Shown: one piece after another, positions 20,349 through 28,814 of the stretch
Layout: each line of letters opens with the position of its first letter
Position numbering within the stretch: position 1 is the stretch's first letter
From: Acidimicrobiales bacterium
GTDB lineage: Bacteria; Actinomycetota; Acidimicrobiia; Acidimicrobiales; WLNW01
Assembly: GCA_035525225.1 (NCBI GenBank)
Contig: DATLFA010000012.1
Coordinates: 7,818 to 71,817, forward strand
Length of the DNA: 64,000 nucleotides
Direction of reading: 5' to 3'
Notes under the pieces: generated by a model
Database searches by the model: none
Seen by the model: only the letters and a program-made list of their open reading frames with translations
Told to the model about the DNA's origin: nothing
Translations under genes and position numbers: made by a program

Positions 20349-20657
20349 ATGGCCCTCAAGGACAATCTCGGAAAGATTGCCAGCAAGGCGAAGGTCGTCG
20401 CCGAGAAGTCGGGCGACAAGATCGCCAGCGGCGTCGACAAGGCCACTGACAAGATCGACAAGAAGACCGGCGGCAAGTACCACGACAAGCTCGAAAAGGT
20501 CGACAAGCTCGCCTCCAAGCTCGACAAGGACAAAGACGCCGGCGCGGCCGACGCCGATGCCGCGACGCCCGCCGCCGACGCGGCTCCTACCGCCGAAGTG
20601 GTGCCACCCGAAGCCGAAGGCGACGCCACCCCACCGACGGGGACGATGCCGAGTTGA
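20349..20657 (+). CDS. small hydrophilic protein, MT0933/Rv0909-like ('antitoxin'-named family)
   Basis: Track ORF of 102 aa, MALKDNLGKIASKAKVVAEKSGDKIASGVDKATDKIDKKTGGKYHDKLEKVDK..., ending in an A/P/D-rich tail. AAGGAG lies upstream. Confidence 0.75.
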   Translation: MALKDNLGKIASKAKVVAEKSGDKIASGVDKATDKIDKKTGGKYHDKLEKVDKLASKLDKDKDAGAADADAATPAADAAPTAEVVPPEAEGDATPPTGTMPS

Positions 20658-20667
20658 GTTCGTTCTA

Positions 20668-20704
20668 GTAGCCGAGGCGCACGGCGGGCGTGCGTCTCGG
20701 CTAC
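20668..20704 (+). terminator. stem-loop terminator candidate after the small protein gene
   Basis: 15-bp stem (GTAGCCGAGGCGCAC / GTGCGTCTCGGCTAC, one G-U pair) with a 7-nt loop. It starts 11 nt after the stop and is followed by GAGAUUU. Confidence 0.6.
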
Positions 20705-20713
20705 GAGATTTCC

Positions 20714-20748
20714 GCGGCGGAGCCGCCGATCCGTTGCGGCGGAGCCGC
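20714..20748. repeat. two copies of 13-nt mini-hairpin GCGGCGGAGCCGC
   Basis: Identical 13-mers at 20714..20726 and 20736..20748. Each is self-complementary (GCGGC-GGA-GCCGC). Confidence 0.6.
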
Positions 20749-20753
20749 ACCAG

Positions 20754-20813
20754 TTAGCGCAAGCGCTGAATCACTGTGCTGGTCGGGTGATTCAGCGCAA
20801 GCGCTGAATCACC
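20754..20813. repeat. duplicated thiolase 3-prime end plus 28-nt palindrome across the stop codon
   Basis: TTAGCGCAAGCGCTGAATCAC (20754..20774) matches TTCAGCGCAAGCGCTGAATCAC (20791..20812). On the minus strand both read VIQRLR-stop. GGTGATTCAGCGC-AA-GCGCTGAATCACC (20786..20813) is a palindrome with 13-nt arms. Confidence 0.8.
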
Positions 20814-22012
20814 ATGGCCATGCCCTGGCCGCCACCGACGCACATCGACTCCACGCCGAACTCTTTGTCCGCATCTTCGAGGCCGTTGATCAACGTCGTC
20901 ATGATGCGGGCTCCGGTCATCCCGAACGGATGACCGAGCGCGATTGCACCGCCGTTGACGTTGAGCTTTTCCCACGGGATCTTGAGCGCGTCGGCCGAGG
21001 GCACGACCTGCGCCGCGAACGCCTCGTTGATCTCGAAGAGGTCGATGTCGCCGATGGCGAGCCGTGACCGACCGACTTTCGACCGCTTGAGCGCCTGCTT
21101 GATCGCCTCGATCGGCCCGAGGCCCATGATCTCCGGGCTCAGTGCCGTGACGCCCGAGCTGATGATCTTGGCCAGCGGCTTGAGGCCGAGGGCTTGTGCC
21201 TTCTTGGCCGACATCACCACGACCGCGGCGGCGCCGTCGTTGAGCGGGCAGGCGTTGCCGGCCGTGACCGTGCCGTTGGGCTTGAACACCGGCTTGAGCC
21301 CGGAGAGCGCCTCGACGGTGGTACCGGCGCGGGGGCAGTCGTCCTTGGACACGATCGTGCCGTCGGCGAGCTTGTAGGGCGTGATCTCGCGCTCGAAGAA
21401 GCCGCGGGCGATGGCCTTCTCGGCGCGGTTCTGTGAGAGCGCCGCGAACTCGTCCTGGCGCTCCCGGGTGACCTTCTTGTACTCGGCCACGTTCTCGGCG
21501 GTCTGGCCCATCGCGAGGTAGATGTCGGGCAGGCCCTGCGGCGCCTTCCAGCGGCCGCCCTTGCCGGCGGCGCGAGCGGCGCTGCGCTCTTCGGCCTCGG
21601 CGAAGCGTTCGTTGTGCGGGCCACGATCGGCAGCGCCGTTGCCGAAGCGGCTCACGGCCTCGACGCCGCCGGCGATGAACACGTCGCCTTCGCCGGCGCG
21701 GATGGCGTGCGACGCCATGCGGATGGTCTGTAGCGACGACGAGCAGTAGCGGTTGACGGTGGTGCCCGGTACGTCGAGTCCGGCGAGGACGCCGGCGGCG
21801 CGGCCGATGTTGGTGCCCGCTTCGCCGGCCGGCTGCGCGCAGCCCCAGATGATGTCTTCGACGAGCTTGCCGTCGAGCCCGATCTTGCCGAGCACATCGT
21901 TGATGATGAATGCGGACATGTCGTCGGGACGCACGTCGATGAACGAACCTTTGCCGGCGCGCCCGATCGGCGTGCGGGCAGTGCTGACGATGACGGCTTC
22001 GGGCGCGGGCAT
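20792..22012 (-). CDS. acetyl-CoA C-acyltransferase (thiolase)
   Basis: Track ORF of 406 aa. It carries the nucleophile motif VNRYCSSSLQ, then NEAFAAQV, GGAIALGHPFGMTGAR and the C-terminal CVGGGQGMA. Confidence 0.93.
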   Translation of the reverse strand: MPAPEAVIVSTARTPIGRAGKGSFIDVRPDDMSAFIINDVLGKIGLDGKLVEDIIWGCAQPAGEAGTNIGRAAGVLAGLDVPGTTVNRYCSSSLQTIRMASHAIRAGEGDVFIAGGVEAVSRFGNGAADRGPHNERFAEAEERSAARAAGKGGRWKAPQGLPDIYLAMGQTAENVAEYKKVTRERQDEFAALSQNRAEKAIARGFFEREITPYKLADGTIVSKDDCPRAGTTVEALSGLKPVFKPNGTVTAGNACPLNDGAAAVVVMSAKKAQALGLKPLAKIISSGVTALSPEIMGLGPIEAIKQALKRSKVGRSRLAIGDIDLFEINEAFAAQVVPSADALKIPWEKLNVNGGAIALGHPFGMTGARIMTTLINGLEDADKEFGVESMCVGGGQGMAMVIQRLR

Positions 22013-22061
22013 AAAGACTCCTCGGACCTGGGGTAGGACGGCGACAGGCTATCGCCGCGAA

Positions 22062-23783
22062 CTAGACGAGTGCAGCGGTCTCGGTGTCGCGTCCCGAGCG
22101 GATCAGCGTGCCGCCGCGCTCGGCGGTGAGCTCGCCGTTGCGGACGATGGCGCGGCCGTTGACGAAGACGTGCTCGATGCCGTGGCTGTCGGCGTAGAGG
22201 CGGCCCGCGCCACCGGGCAGATCGAAGCGCATCGCGACGTCGTCGGTGCCGATGGTGGCCGGATCGAGGACCACGACGTCCGCGTGCCAGCCCTCTTGGA
22301 GCTGCCCGCGCTGCTTGAGGCCGTAGAGCTTGGCCTGCACGTCGGTCATCAGATGGATGGCCTCTTCGAGCGGAAGGATCTCACGTTCGCGCACAGCGCG
22401 TTGCAGCATGCCGGTCACGTAGTTGAACGACGCGAGGAGGTCGAGATGCGCACCGGCGTCGGACGCACCGATCACCGCTCGCTTGTCCCGCCACACCTGC
22501 ACCCGGGCCTTCCAATCCTCGGTGGACTCGGGCGGCGTCGGTGAGCCGAAGCTGGTGTTGAGCTCGTCGGCGACGGCGATGTCGCACAGGACGTCCCACG
22601 CGTCGCGCCCCTGATCCTTGGCGATATCGCTGACCATGCGGCCGCGGTACTGCTCGTTCTCGGGCGCCATCACGTCGAAGATGATCTTGTTGCCCCAATT
22701 GGCGAGTGTGCGCATGGGATTGTCGGCTTGTTGCGCGCGGGCGTTGAGTGCGTCGCGTGCGGACTTGTCGCGGAACAGCTTCATCTTCTCGTCGCGCGAC
22801 GCGAGCATGGGGCCTTCCCATTCGGGCATGGCGTCGAGCACGAAGCCACTGGCGAACGAGAGGCGCACACCGAAGCTGATCGGAATCGTCAAGGCGACGA
22901 CCTTGCCACCCTTCTTGGCGGCGTAGTCACTGGCGGCCAACTTGCCGAGGCAATCTTCGAGATTGCCTTGGTTGACCGACATCACGTTCCAGTTGACCGC
23001 TCGCTGCGCGGCGACCGACATGTCGGTCATCAGATCGACGGCCCACTGATCGAAGCGCGGGCCGACCTGAGGGATGACTTCGATCGAGGTGCCATCGAAC
23101 TCGCCGCACACGCGGGCCAGCTCGACCAACTCGGCCGTGCTCGCGTAACGCGAGGGCACCATGTGGCCTTCGGCATCGTTGTGCGTGCGGGCGTACGACG
23201 ATGTGAACCCGAGCGCACCGGCGTCGAGGCCATCGCGCAGCAGTTGCTTCATCTGCTCGAGCTCGGTGGCGTTCGATTCACGCTTGGTCGATTCGGTACC
23301 CATCACGACACGGCGGATGGCCGAGTGGCCGACCGACAACCCGAGGTTGATGCCCAGGTGTCCGTCGATGCGGTCGAAATACTCCGCGGTCGTCTTCCAG
23401 TTCCACGGCACACCCTGGCGTAGCGCGTCGACCGGCATACCTTCGACGCGGGCCAACATGTTGAGCAGGTACTCGCCGTCTGCCGGATCATCCGACAGCG
23501 GCGCGATGGTGAACCCGCAGTTGCCGGCGAACGCAGTGGTGACGCCATGCAGCGGTGACGGTGTCAGTGCGTCGTCCCAGAACACCTGTGCATCGAAGTG
23601 GGTGTGGACGTCGACGAAACCCGGACACACGACCTTGCCCGTGGCATCGATGATCGTCGGGGCATCGCCGTCGATACGGCCGATCTTCACGATGCGGCCA
23701 GCCTTGATGCCGACATCGGCACGGAAGCGAGTGCCACCCGTTCCGTCGATGACCTCGCCGTTGCGGATGATGACGTCGAACAT
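22062..23783 (-). CDS. N-acyl-D-amino-acid deacylase (D-aminoacylase) family amidohydrolase
   Basis: Track ORF of 573 aa: MFDVIIRNGEVIDGTG...GKVVCPGFVDVHTHFD... Confidence 0.88.
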   Translation of the reverse strand: MFDVIIRNGEVIDGTGGTRFRADVGIKAGRIVKIGRIDGDAPTIIDATGKVVCPGFVDVHTHFDAQVFWDDALTPSPLHGVTTAFAGNCGFTIAPLSDDPADGEYLLNMLARVEGMPVDALRQGVPWNWKTTAEYFDRIDGHLGINLGLSVGHSAIRRVVMGTESTKRESNATELEQMKQLLRDGLDAGALGFTSSYARTHNDAEGHMVPSRYASTAELVELARVCGEFDGTSIEVIPQVGPRFDQWAVDLMTDMSVAAQRAVNWNVMSVNQGNLEDCLGKLAASDYAAKKGGKVVALTIPISFGVRLSFASGFVLDAMPEWEGPMLASRDEKMKLFRDKSARDALNARAQQADNPMRTLANWGNKIIFDVMAPENEQYRGRMVSDIAKDQGRDAWDVLCDIAVADELNTSFGSPTPPESTEDWKARVQVWRDKRAVIGASDAGAHLDLLASFNYVTGMLQRAVREREILPLEEAIHLMTDVQAKLYGLKQRGQLQEGWHADVVVLDPATIGTDDVAMRFDLPGGAGRLYADSHGIEHVFVNGRAIVRNGELTAERGGTLIRSGRDTETAALV

Positions 23784-23832
23784 ACCCGGCCCCCAAAAAC
23801 AGTAGCTACGGGATCTTACCTCTCACCGGTGT

Positions 23833-23876
23833 GATGAGCGCTCGCGCGAAGAACGAGAAGCTGGGCGCGAAGAACG
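23833..23876. repeat. intergenic repeat related to 27464..27504; internal 12-nt direct repeat
   Basis: GATGAGCGCTCGCGCGAAGA resembles GATGAGCGCTTGCGCGAAGA at 27464..27483. GCGCGAAGAACG occurs twice (23844..23855 and 23865..23876). Confidence 0.5.
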
Positions 23877-23882
23877 GGCAAG

Positions 23883-24632
23883 CTAGGCCTTCATGGCGCC
23901 GTCGACCCGGATGGTGATGCCGTTGATGTAGCTGGCTTCGCTCGAGGCCAAGAAGGCGAACGCGGCGGCCAACTCGTCGGGGGTGCCCATGCGCTCGAAG
24001 GGCATGATGCGACCCATGATCGCCAGGTCGACGCCCTCGGGCGGGTTGAACTGGTCGGCGATGGGCGTCTCGACACCGCCCGGGGCGACACAGTTGACCC
24101 GCACACCCTGCATGCCGTTGGACACGGCCATCGTCTGGGTCAGCGAGATGACACCGCCCTTCGACGCCGAGTAGGCCGAGCTCCACGGCTGGGCGTGCGT
24201 GCCTGCGGTCGAGGCGGTGTTCACGATGGCGCCCTTGGTCGCGATCAGGTGGGGGAGCGCGGTCTTCGACATCCAGTACGTGCCGGTGAGGTTGACCCCG
24301 ATGACGCGGTTCCAACCTTCGATGGTCTCGTCTTCGTCGGTGGCGAAATGACCCAGGCCTGCAACGTTGCACAAGACGTCGATGCGGCCGAAGTCGCGTA
24401 CGACCGCCTTGACCGTTTTGGTGATCGACGCGATGTCGAGCAGGTTGCAGTTGTACGCCTTGGCGTTGCCCTTGGCGGCCTCGATCACCTTGACGGTCTG
24501 GCGCGCGCCCTTGGCGTTGACGTCGACGCACGCAACGGTCGCACCTTCGGAGGCCAACCGCAGCGCCGTGGCCTTGCCGATGCCCGACGCGGCACCCGTG
24601 ACGATCGCGACCTTCTTCTTGAATCGTGACAT
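23883..24632 (-). CDS. SDR family oxidoreductase
   Basis: ATG at 24632 (GGGGAGAGG upstream) within track ORF 23883..24650 gives MSRFKKKVAIVTGAASGIG, with YSASK further in. The alternative GTG at 24650 overlaps the upstream stop. Confidence 0.9.
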   Translation of the reverse strand: MSRFKKKVAIVTGAASGIGKATALRLASEGATVACVDVNAKGARQTVKVIEAAKGNAKAYNCNLLDIASITKTVKAVVRDFGRIDVLCNVAGLGHFATDEDETIEGWNRVIGVNLTGTYWMSKTALPHLIATKGAIVNTASTAGTHAQPWSSAYSASKGGVISLTQTMAVSNGMQGVRVNCVAPGGVETPIADQFNPPEGVDLAIMGRIMPFERMGTPDELAAAFAFLASSEASYINGITIRVDGAMKA

Positions 24633-24646
24633 GACCTCTCCCCGCA

Positions 24647-25639
24647 TCACGACGTCGTCGCGAGCTTGCCCAAGACCTTTTCAACGTAGTTCGACAAGTA
24701 CTTCCACGCCGTGTCGATGGGCATGCCACCGCAGAACGGATGCAGGCCCGCCGCCGCGCCTTCGCCCATGCCCTTGAGCTCGGCGATGGACTCGTGGGGA
24801 GTCATGATGCGATAGATGCCTTCGGCGCGCAGCTCGGCCGGCGTCGACGCGTGCGAGTGCACTGCGGAGCGGATGTCGGGCGTCTGCCACGCGCTGTAGG
24901 TCATCGCTTCGTGCAAGAGGTACTTGCCGATCTCGTCCCATGCGGCGTCGGGATCGTCGGCGACCCAGGTGTGGTGGAAGCCCGCCGGCGGCATCGAGAT
25001 GAAGCCCTGCGTACCGTGCTTCGCGCACTCTTCGTTGTAGACGGCTTCGAGCTCGGGCATGTTGGCCGCGAGTGAGATGGGAAGCCCGAAGCGGGCGGCG
25101 CGGCGCACCGCGGCTTTCGACGTACCGCCCAACATCAAAATCGGGTGCGGCTGAGTGAAGGGGCGGGGGGTCACACGCACGGTGCGACCGCGGAACTCGA
25201 ACGGTTCGCCCGTCCAGGCCTTGAGCACTGCGTCGACGCACTCGTCCATGACCTTGCCGCGGTCTTTCCAGCTGACGCCGGCCATCTCGTACTCTTCGGG
25301 TCGATAGCCCATGCCGAAGATCGTGATGGTGCGGCCACCGCTGATGAGATCGAGCACGGCGAGGTCTTCGGCCATGCGCAACGGATCGTGCAGCGGCAGC
25401 AGGATCGCCGAGAACGTCACCATCATGTTCTTGGTGCGACCGAAGATCGACGCCGCGAAGATCTTGGGGCAGGGGCTCCAGCCGTTGTCCGCGCCGTGGT
25501 GCTCCTCGGTGCTGATGATCGAGAAGCCGTGCTTCTCCCCGTACTCGGCCATGTCGAGCATCTCTTTGTGCATGGCGCTGTGATGCGCTGGATCGACTCC
25601 AGGCGCAATCATGTTGAACCGCATCATCGACAGGACCAT
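24647..25639 (-). CDS. LLM-class flavin-dependent oxidoreductase
   Basis: ATG at 25639 (AAGGGGG upstream) within track ORF 24647..25813 gives MVLSMMRFNMIAPG...HGFSIISTEEHHG... (330 aa). Confidence 0.85.
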   Translation of the reverse strand: MVLSMMRFNMIAPGVDPAHHSAMHKEMLDMAEYGEKHGFSIISTEEHHGADNGWSPCPKIFAASIFGRTKNMMVTFSAILLPLHDPLRMAEDLAVLDLISGGRTITIFGMGYRPEEYEMAGVSWKDRGKVMDECVDAVLKAWTGEPFEFRGRTVRVTPRPFTQPHPILMLGGTSKAAVRRAARFGLPISLAANMPELEAVYNEECAKHGTQGFISMPPAGFHHTWVADDPDAAWDEIGKYLLHEAMTYSAWQTPDIRSAVHSHASTPAELRAEGIYRIMTPHESIAELKGMGEGAAAGLHPFCGGMPIDTAWKYLSNYVEKVLGKLATTS

Positions 25640-25709
25640 CGTCCGTCGCCCCCTTCGTTCGTCGTGTTGACGGGCGACAGTCTGTCGCGTGGCGCGCCCG
25701 CGCGCCGAG

Positions 25710-25754
25710 CTTCCCGCTCTAAGGGCCGCTCGGGCCCACGCTTCCCGCTCTAAG
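25710..25754. repeat. REP-like element (complement orientation) with duplicated flank
   Basis: CTTCCCGCTCTAAGGGCCGCTCGGGCCC at 25710..25737, followed by a second CTTCCCGCTCTAAG at 25741..25754. Confidence 0.6.
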
Positions 25755-25772
25755 TACTGGGCCTGGGTTCGG

Positions 25773-26123
25773 CTACGCGCGGCCGTAGTCGTCAGAGCGG
25801 CGTTCGATGTCATCCTCGCCGAAATACGCCCCGTGTTGCACTTCGACGAAGACCAAGTCGTCGTCGCCGCGGTTTTCGATGCGGTGCCACGCCATCAGCG
25901 GAATGTCGACATGGTCGCCCTGCTGAAGCGTGTGTTCGCTGTCGTCGACGGTGACGGTGGCGGTACCGGTGACCACGAACCAGTGCTCGGCACGTTGATG
26001 GTGTCGCTGGTAGCTCAAGCGATGGCCGGGATTGACGGTGATCGTCTTCACCTTGTGTGTCATGGCGTCGTCGAGGACGGTGAACGACCCCCATGGGCGG
26101 GCTTCGAAGCTCGGATCACTCAT
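25773..26123 (-). CDS. cupin domain protein (phosphomannose isomerase type II C-terminal cupin-like)
   Basis: Track ORF of 116 aa: RPWGSFTVL...GHRLSYQRHHQRAEHWFVVTGTA... Confidence 0.85.
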   Translation of the reverse strand: MSDPSFEARPWGSFTVLDDAMTHKVKTITVNPGHRLSYQRHHQRAEHWFVVTGTATVTVDDSEHTLQQGDHVDIPLMAWHRIENRGDDDLVFVEVQHGAYFGEDDIERRSDDYGRA

Positions 26124-26171
26124 CCGTCAAGGATGGGGCCTCGCCGCCGTTCTCGCAACGATTTCCGTTCG

Positions 26172-26210
26172 GTTGGTGATTTAGGGTCGTATTGGGGGGC
26201 GATCACCAAC
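26172..26210. promoter_or_regulatory. inverted repeat in divergent intergenic region
   Basis: GTTGGTGAT (26172..26180) and ATCACCAAC (26202..26210) are separated by 21 nt. They lie between the divergent starts at 26123 and 26226. Confidence 0.25.
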
Positions 26211-26225
26211 AAAACGGAGGGGTTG

Positions 26226-27434
26226 ATGGCCGACGGGCTGCTTGCGGGGGTACGAGTAGTCGAAGGTTCGGCGTTCGTGGCCGCGCCGTCGGGGGGGATG
26301 ACGCTCGCCCAACTCGGTGCGGATGTGATCCGTTTCGATCAGATCGGCGGCGGGCTCGATTACCGCCGTTGGCCGCTGACCGACGCGGGTGCCAGCCTGT
26401 ACTGGGCCGGGCTGAACAAGGGCAAGCGATCGCTCGCCGTCGACCTGCGGTCACCGCGCGGGCGCGAGTTGCTCACCGAGTTGATCGTGGCGCCCGGACC
26501 CGACCACGGCGTGTTCCTCACGAACTTCCCGGCCTCGGGATGGATGGCCTACGACCGGCTGCGCGATCGGCGAGGCGATCTGATCATGCTCAATGTGTTG
26601 GGCAATCACGACGGCACGACCGCGCTCGACTACACGGTGAATTGCGCCGTCGGCTACCCCTTGGTCACCGGCCCGGCTGATATGACGGAGCCGATCAACC
26701 ACGTCCTGCCCGCGTGGGATTTCCTGTGTGGTCAACAGGCGGCGCTGGGCGTCGTCGCGGCCCTGCGCCATCGCGATCGCACCGGCACCGGACAACTCAT
26801 GACGCTCGCGCTTTCGGATGTGGCCTTGTGGGCAGTGTCGGCCCTCGGGCACATTGCCGAGGCACAGATCAACGGCAGCGCGCGCCCGCGCATCGGCAAC
26901 GACGTGTACGGCGCCTTCGGCCGTGACTTCGCCACTGGCGACGGCCGACGGGTCATCGCCGTCGCCGTGACGATGAGCCAATGGAAGAGTCTGCTCGACG
27001 CGACACGACTCGGCGACGAGGTACGCGCCATAGAGACCCGTCGCGGTCTCGACTTCGCCATCGAAGGTGATCGCTACCTCGCGTGTGACGAGCTGAACCC
27101 GCTGTTCGCCTCGTGGTGTGCGGCTCGTTCGCTCGCCGAGATCCGCGACGCCTTCGACGCGCGCGGAGTGTGCTGGGGGCCGTATCAATCGTTCATGCAG
27201 CTCGTCAGCGACGACGACCGCTGCTCGACGGACAATCCGCTCTTCTCGTCGATCGAACAAACGGGTATCGGGACCATCCTGGCTGCGGCTCATCCGCTCG
27301 ACCCCGCGATGGGGCGCATCTCGGCCGCCGCCGCGCCGAGTCTCGGTCAGCACACCGACGAGATCCTCGCGGATGTACTGGGTCTGTCGGCGACGGAGAT
27401 CGCCCGGCTGCACGACGACGCGATCGTCGCCTAG
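26226..27434 (+). CDS. CoA-transferase family III (CaiB/BaiF-type)
   Basis: ATG at 26226 (GGAGGGG upstream) within track ORF 25689..27434 gives MADGLLAGVRVVEGSAFVAAPSGGMTLAQLGADVIRFD... (402 aa). Confidence 0.88.
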   Translation: MADGLLAGVRVVEGSAFVAAPSGGMTLAQLGADVIRFDQIGGGLDYRRWPLTDAGASLYWAGLNKGKRSLAVDLRSPRGRELLTELIVAPGPDHGVFLTNFPASGWMAYDRLRDRRGDLIMLNVLGNHDGTTALDYTVNCAVGYPLVTGPADMTEPINHVLPAWDFLCGQQAALGVVAALRHRDRTGTGQLMTLALSDVALWAVSALGHIAEAQINGSARPRIGNDVYGAFGRDFATGDGRRVIAVAVTMSQWKSLLDATRLGDEVRAIETRRGLDFAIEGDRYLACDELNPLFASWCAARSLAEIRDAFDARGVCWGPYQSFMQLVSDDDRCSTDNPLFSSIEQTGIGTILAAAHPLDPAMGRISAAAAPSLGQHTDEILADVLGLSATEIARLHDDAIVA

Positions 27435-27504
27435 GGCCCGAGGAGCCGACTCCTCGATCGCGCGATGAGCGCTTGCGCGAAGAGCCGGAAGCTCAGAGCG
27501 GGGA
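27434..27504. repeat. extended REP-like element with internal hairpin
   Basis: GGGCCCGAG follows the TAG stop. Next come the GAGGAG-CCGA-CTCCTC hairpin (27440..27455), GATGAGCGCTTGCGCGAAGA (27464..27483) and GCTCAGAGCGGGGA (27491..27504). Confidence 0.55.
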
Positions 27505-27505
27505 T

Positions 27506-28774
27506 TCAGCTCGCGGGCCGGATGCGATAACGCACCGGTAGCGACTTGAGGCCGACGACGAAGCTCGACTCGGTCTGGGCGACGGGGCCGGCGAACTCGA
27601 GCGACTCGGCGCGTCCGGCAAGCTCGTGCACGAGCGCGTGGATGCTCGCCCGTGCGAGGTGTGCGCCGAGGCAGAAATGCTCGGCCCATCCGAAACCCAG
27701 ATGCTTGTTGGGGTGACGGCTCACGTCGAACGTGAACGGCCGCTCGAACACGTCTTCGTCGCGGTTGGCCGACGCGTAGAAGAGCACCAGGCGTTCGCCC
27801 TCGCGAATGTGTTGTCCTCTCACCTCGGTGTCGCAAAGGGCCGTGCGCTTCATGTAGTTGACCGGTGTCGTCCAGCGAATGATCTCTTCGACGGCGGGTT
27901 TGGTGAGTGCGGGGTTGGCGCCGATCTTGCGCAGTTCTTCCGGGTGCTCGACGAACGCAGCCAATGCGCCCGCCAGCGCATTGCGAGTCGTGTCGTGGCC
28001 AGCGGTGAACACGATCAGGTAATAGCCAAAGGTCTCGAGTGGTCCCATCGGCTCGCCGCCCGGGAGCGTGGTGTTGGCGAGCAGCGTGGCGAGGTCGTCG
28101 CGTGGGTTCGCTCGGCGGTCTTTGATGATGCGGTCGAACATCGCGTAGAACTCGAGGCCGACCTGCCTGCTCGCTTCGGTGCGATCGTCGCCCGCTCGCT
28201 GATAGTCGGGGTCGTCACTGGCGAAGAGTTGCTGGGTCAACTCGAGCAACCGCTGCTCGTCGTCGCGGTCGATACCCAAGATCGTGGCGAGCACCCGCAG
28301 CGGATGGCGTTGCGCGATGCGATCGATGAAGTCGCATTCGCCTTGTTCGCCGAGCGAGTCGACCAACGTGCGCGCGCTCGAGGTGACGATCTGGTCGAGT
28401 TCGCCGATGCCGCGCGGCGTGAAGAACCCGCTCGCGATCTTGCGATAGATGCGGTGGTTGGGCGGGTCCATCTCGATGATCGTGCGCATCGCGCGCAATG
28501 GGCTGTCGCCGTGCTCTTGCGCGGCAATCTGTTGGTCGTTGAGCACGACGATGCCGTGCGCGTTGGAAAAGACTTCGGGCTGGCTCGAGATCTCCGTGAT
28601 GTCCTCGTGGCGCGTGATCGCCCAAAAACTCTCGAAGCCCGCCGGCTCGCACCAGCGGACCGGGTGGTGCCGGCGCATCATGGTCCACACATCGTGCGGA
28701 GGACCCGACTGCCCGTAGCGCTTCGGCGAGACGAGGTCGAGCGGATCGACCTCGGTCAGCGATTCGGTGCTCAT
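27506..28774 (-). CDS. cytochrome P450
   Basis: Track ORF of 422 aa, with ExxR (EEIIRW) and the heme loop FGWAEHFCLGAHLA. Confidence 0.92.
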   Translation of the reverse strand: MSTESLTEVDPLDLVSPKRYGQSGPPHDVWTMMRRHHPVRWCEPAGFESFWAITRHEDITEISSQPEVFSNAHGIVVLNDQQIAAQEHGDSPLRAMRTIIEMDPPNHRIYRKIASGFFTPRGIGELDQIVTSSARTLVDSLGEQGECDFIDRIAQRHPLRVLATILGIDRDDEQRLLELTQQLFASDDPDYQRAGDDRTEASRQVGLEFYAMFDRIIKDRRANPRDDLATLLANTTLPGGEPMGPLETFGYYLIVFTAGHDTTRNALAGALAAFVEHPEELRKIGANPALTKPAVEEIIRWTTPVNYMKRTALCDTEVRGQHIREGERLVLFYASANRDEDVFERPFTFDVSRHPNKHLGFGWAEHFCLGAHLARASIHALVHELAGRAESLEFAGPVAQTESSFVVGLKSLPVRYRIRPAS

Positions 28775-28814
28775 AGTCCACCCCCTGTGTGCGATGCACG
28801 GTAGTGCACCTCAG

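Noticed and set aside
20349-20657. The MT0933/Rv0909-like 'antitoxin' as evidence for a toxin-antitoxin module.
   Set aside because: No toxin-like (SRPBCC/Rv0910-like or other) gene is adjacent. The protein looks like a generic small K/D-rich stress protein.
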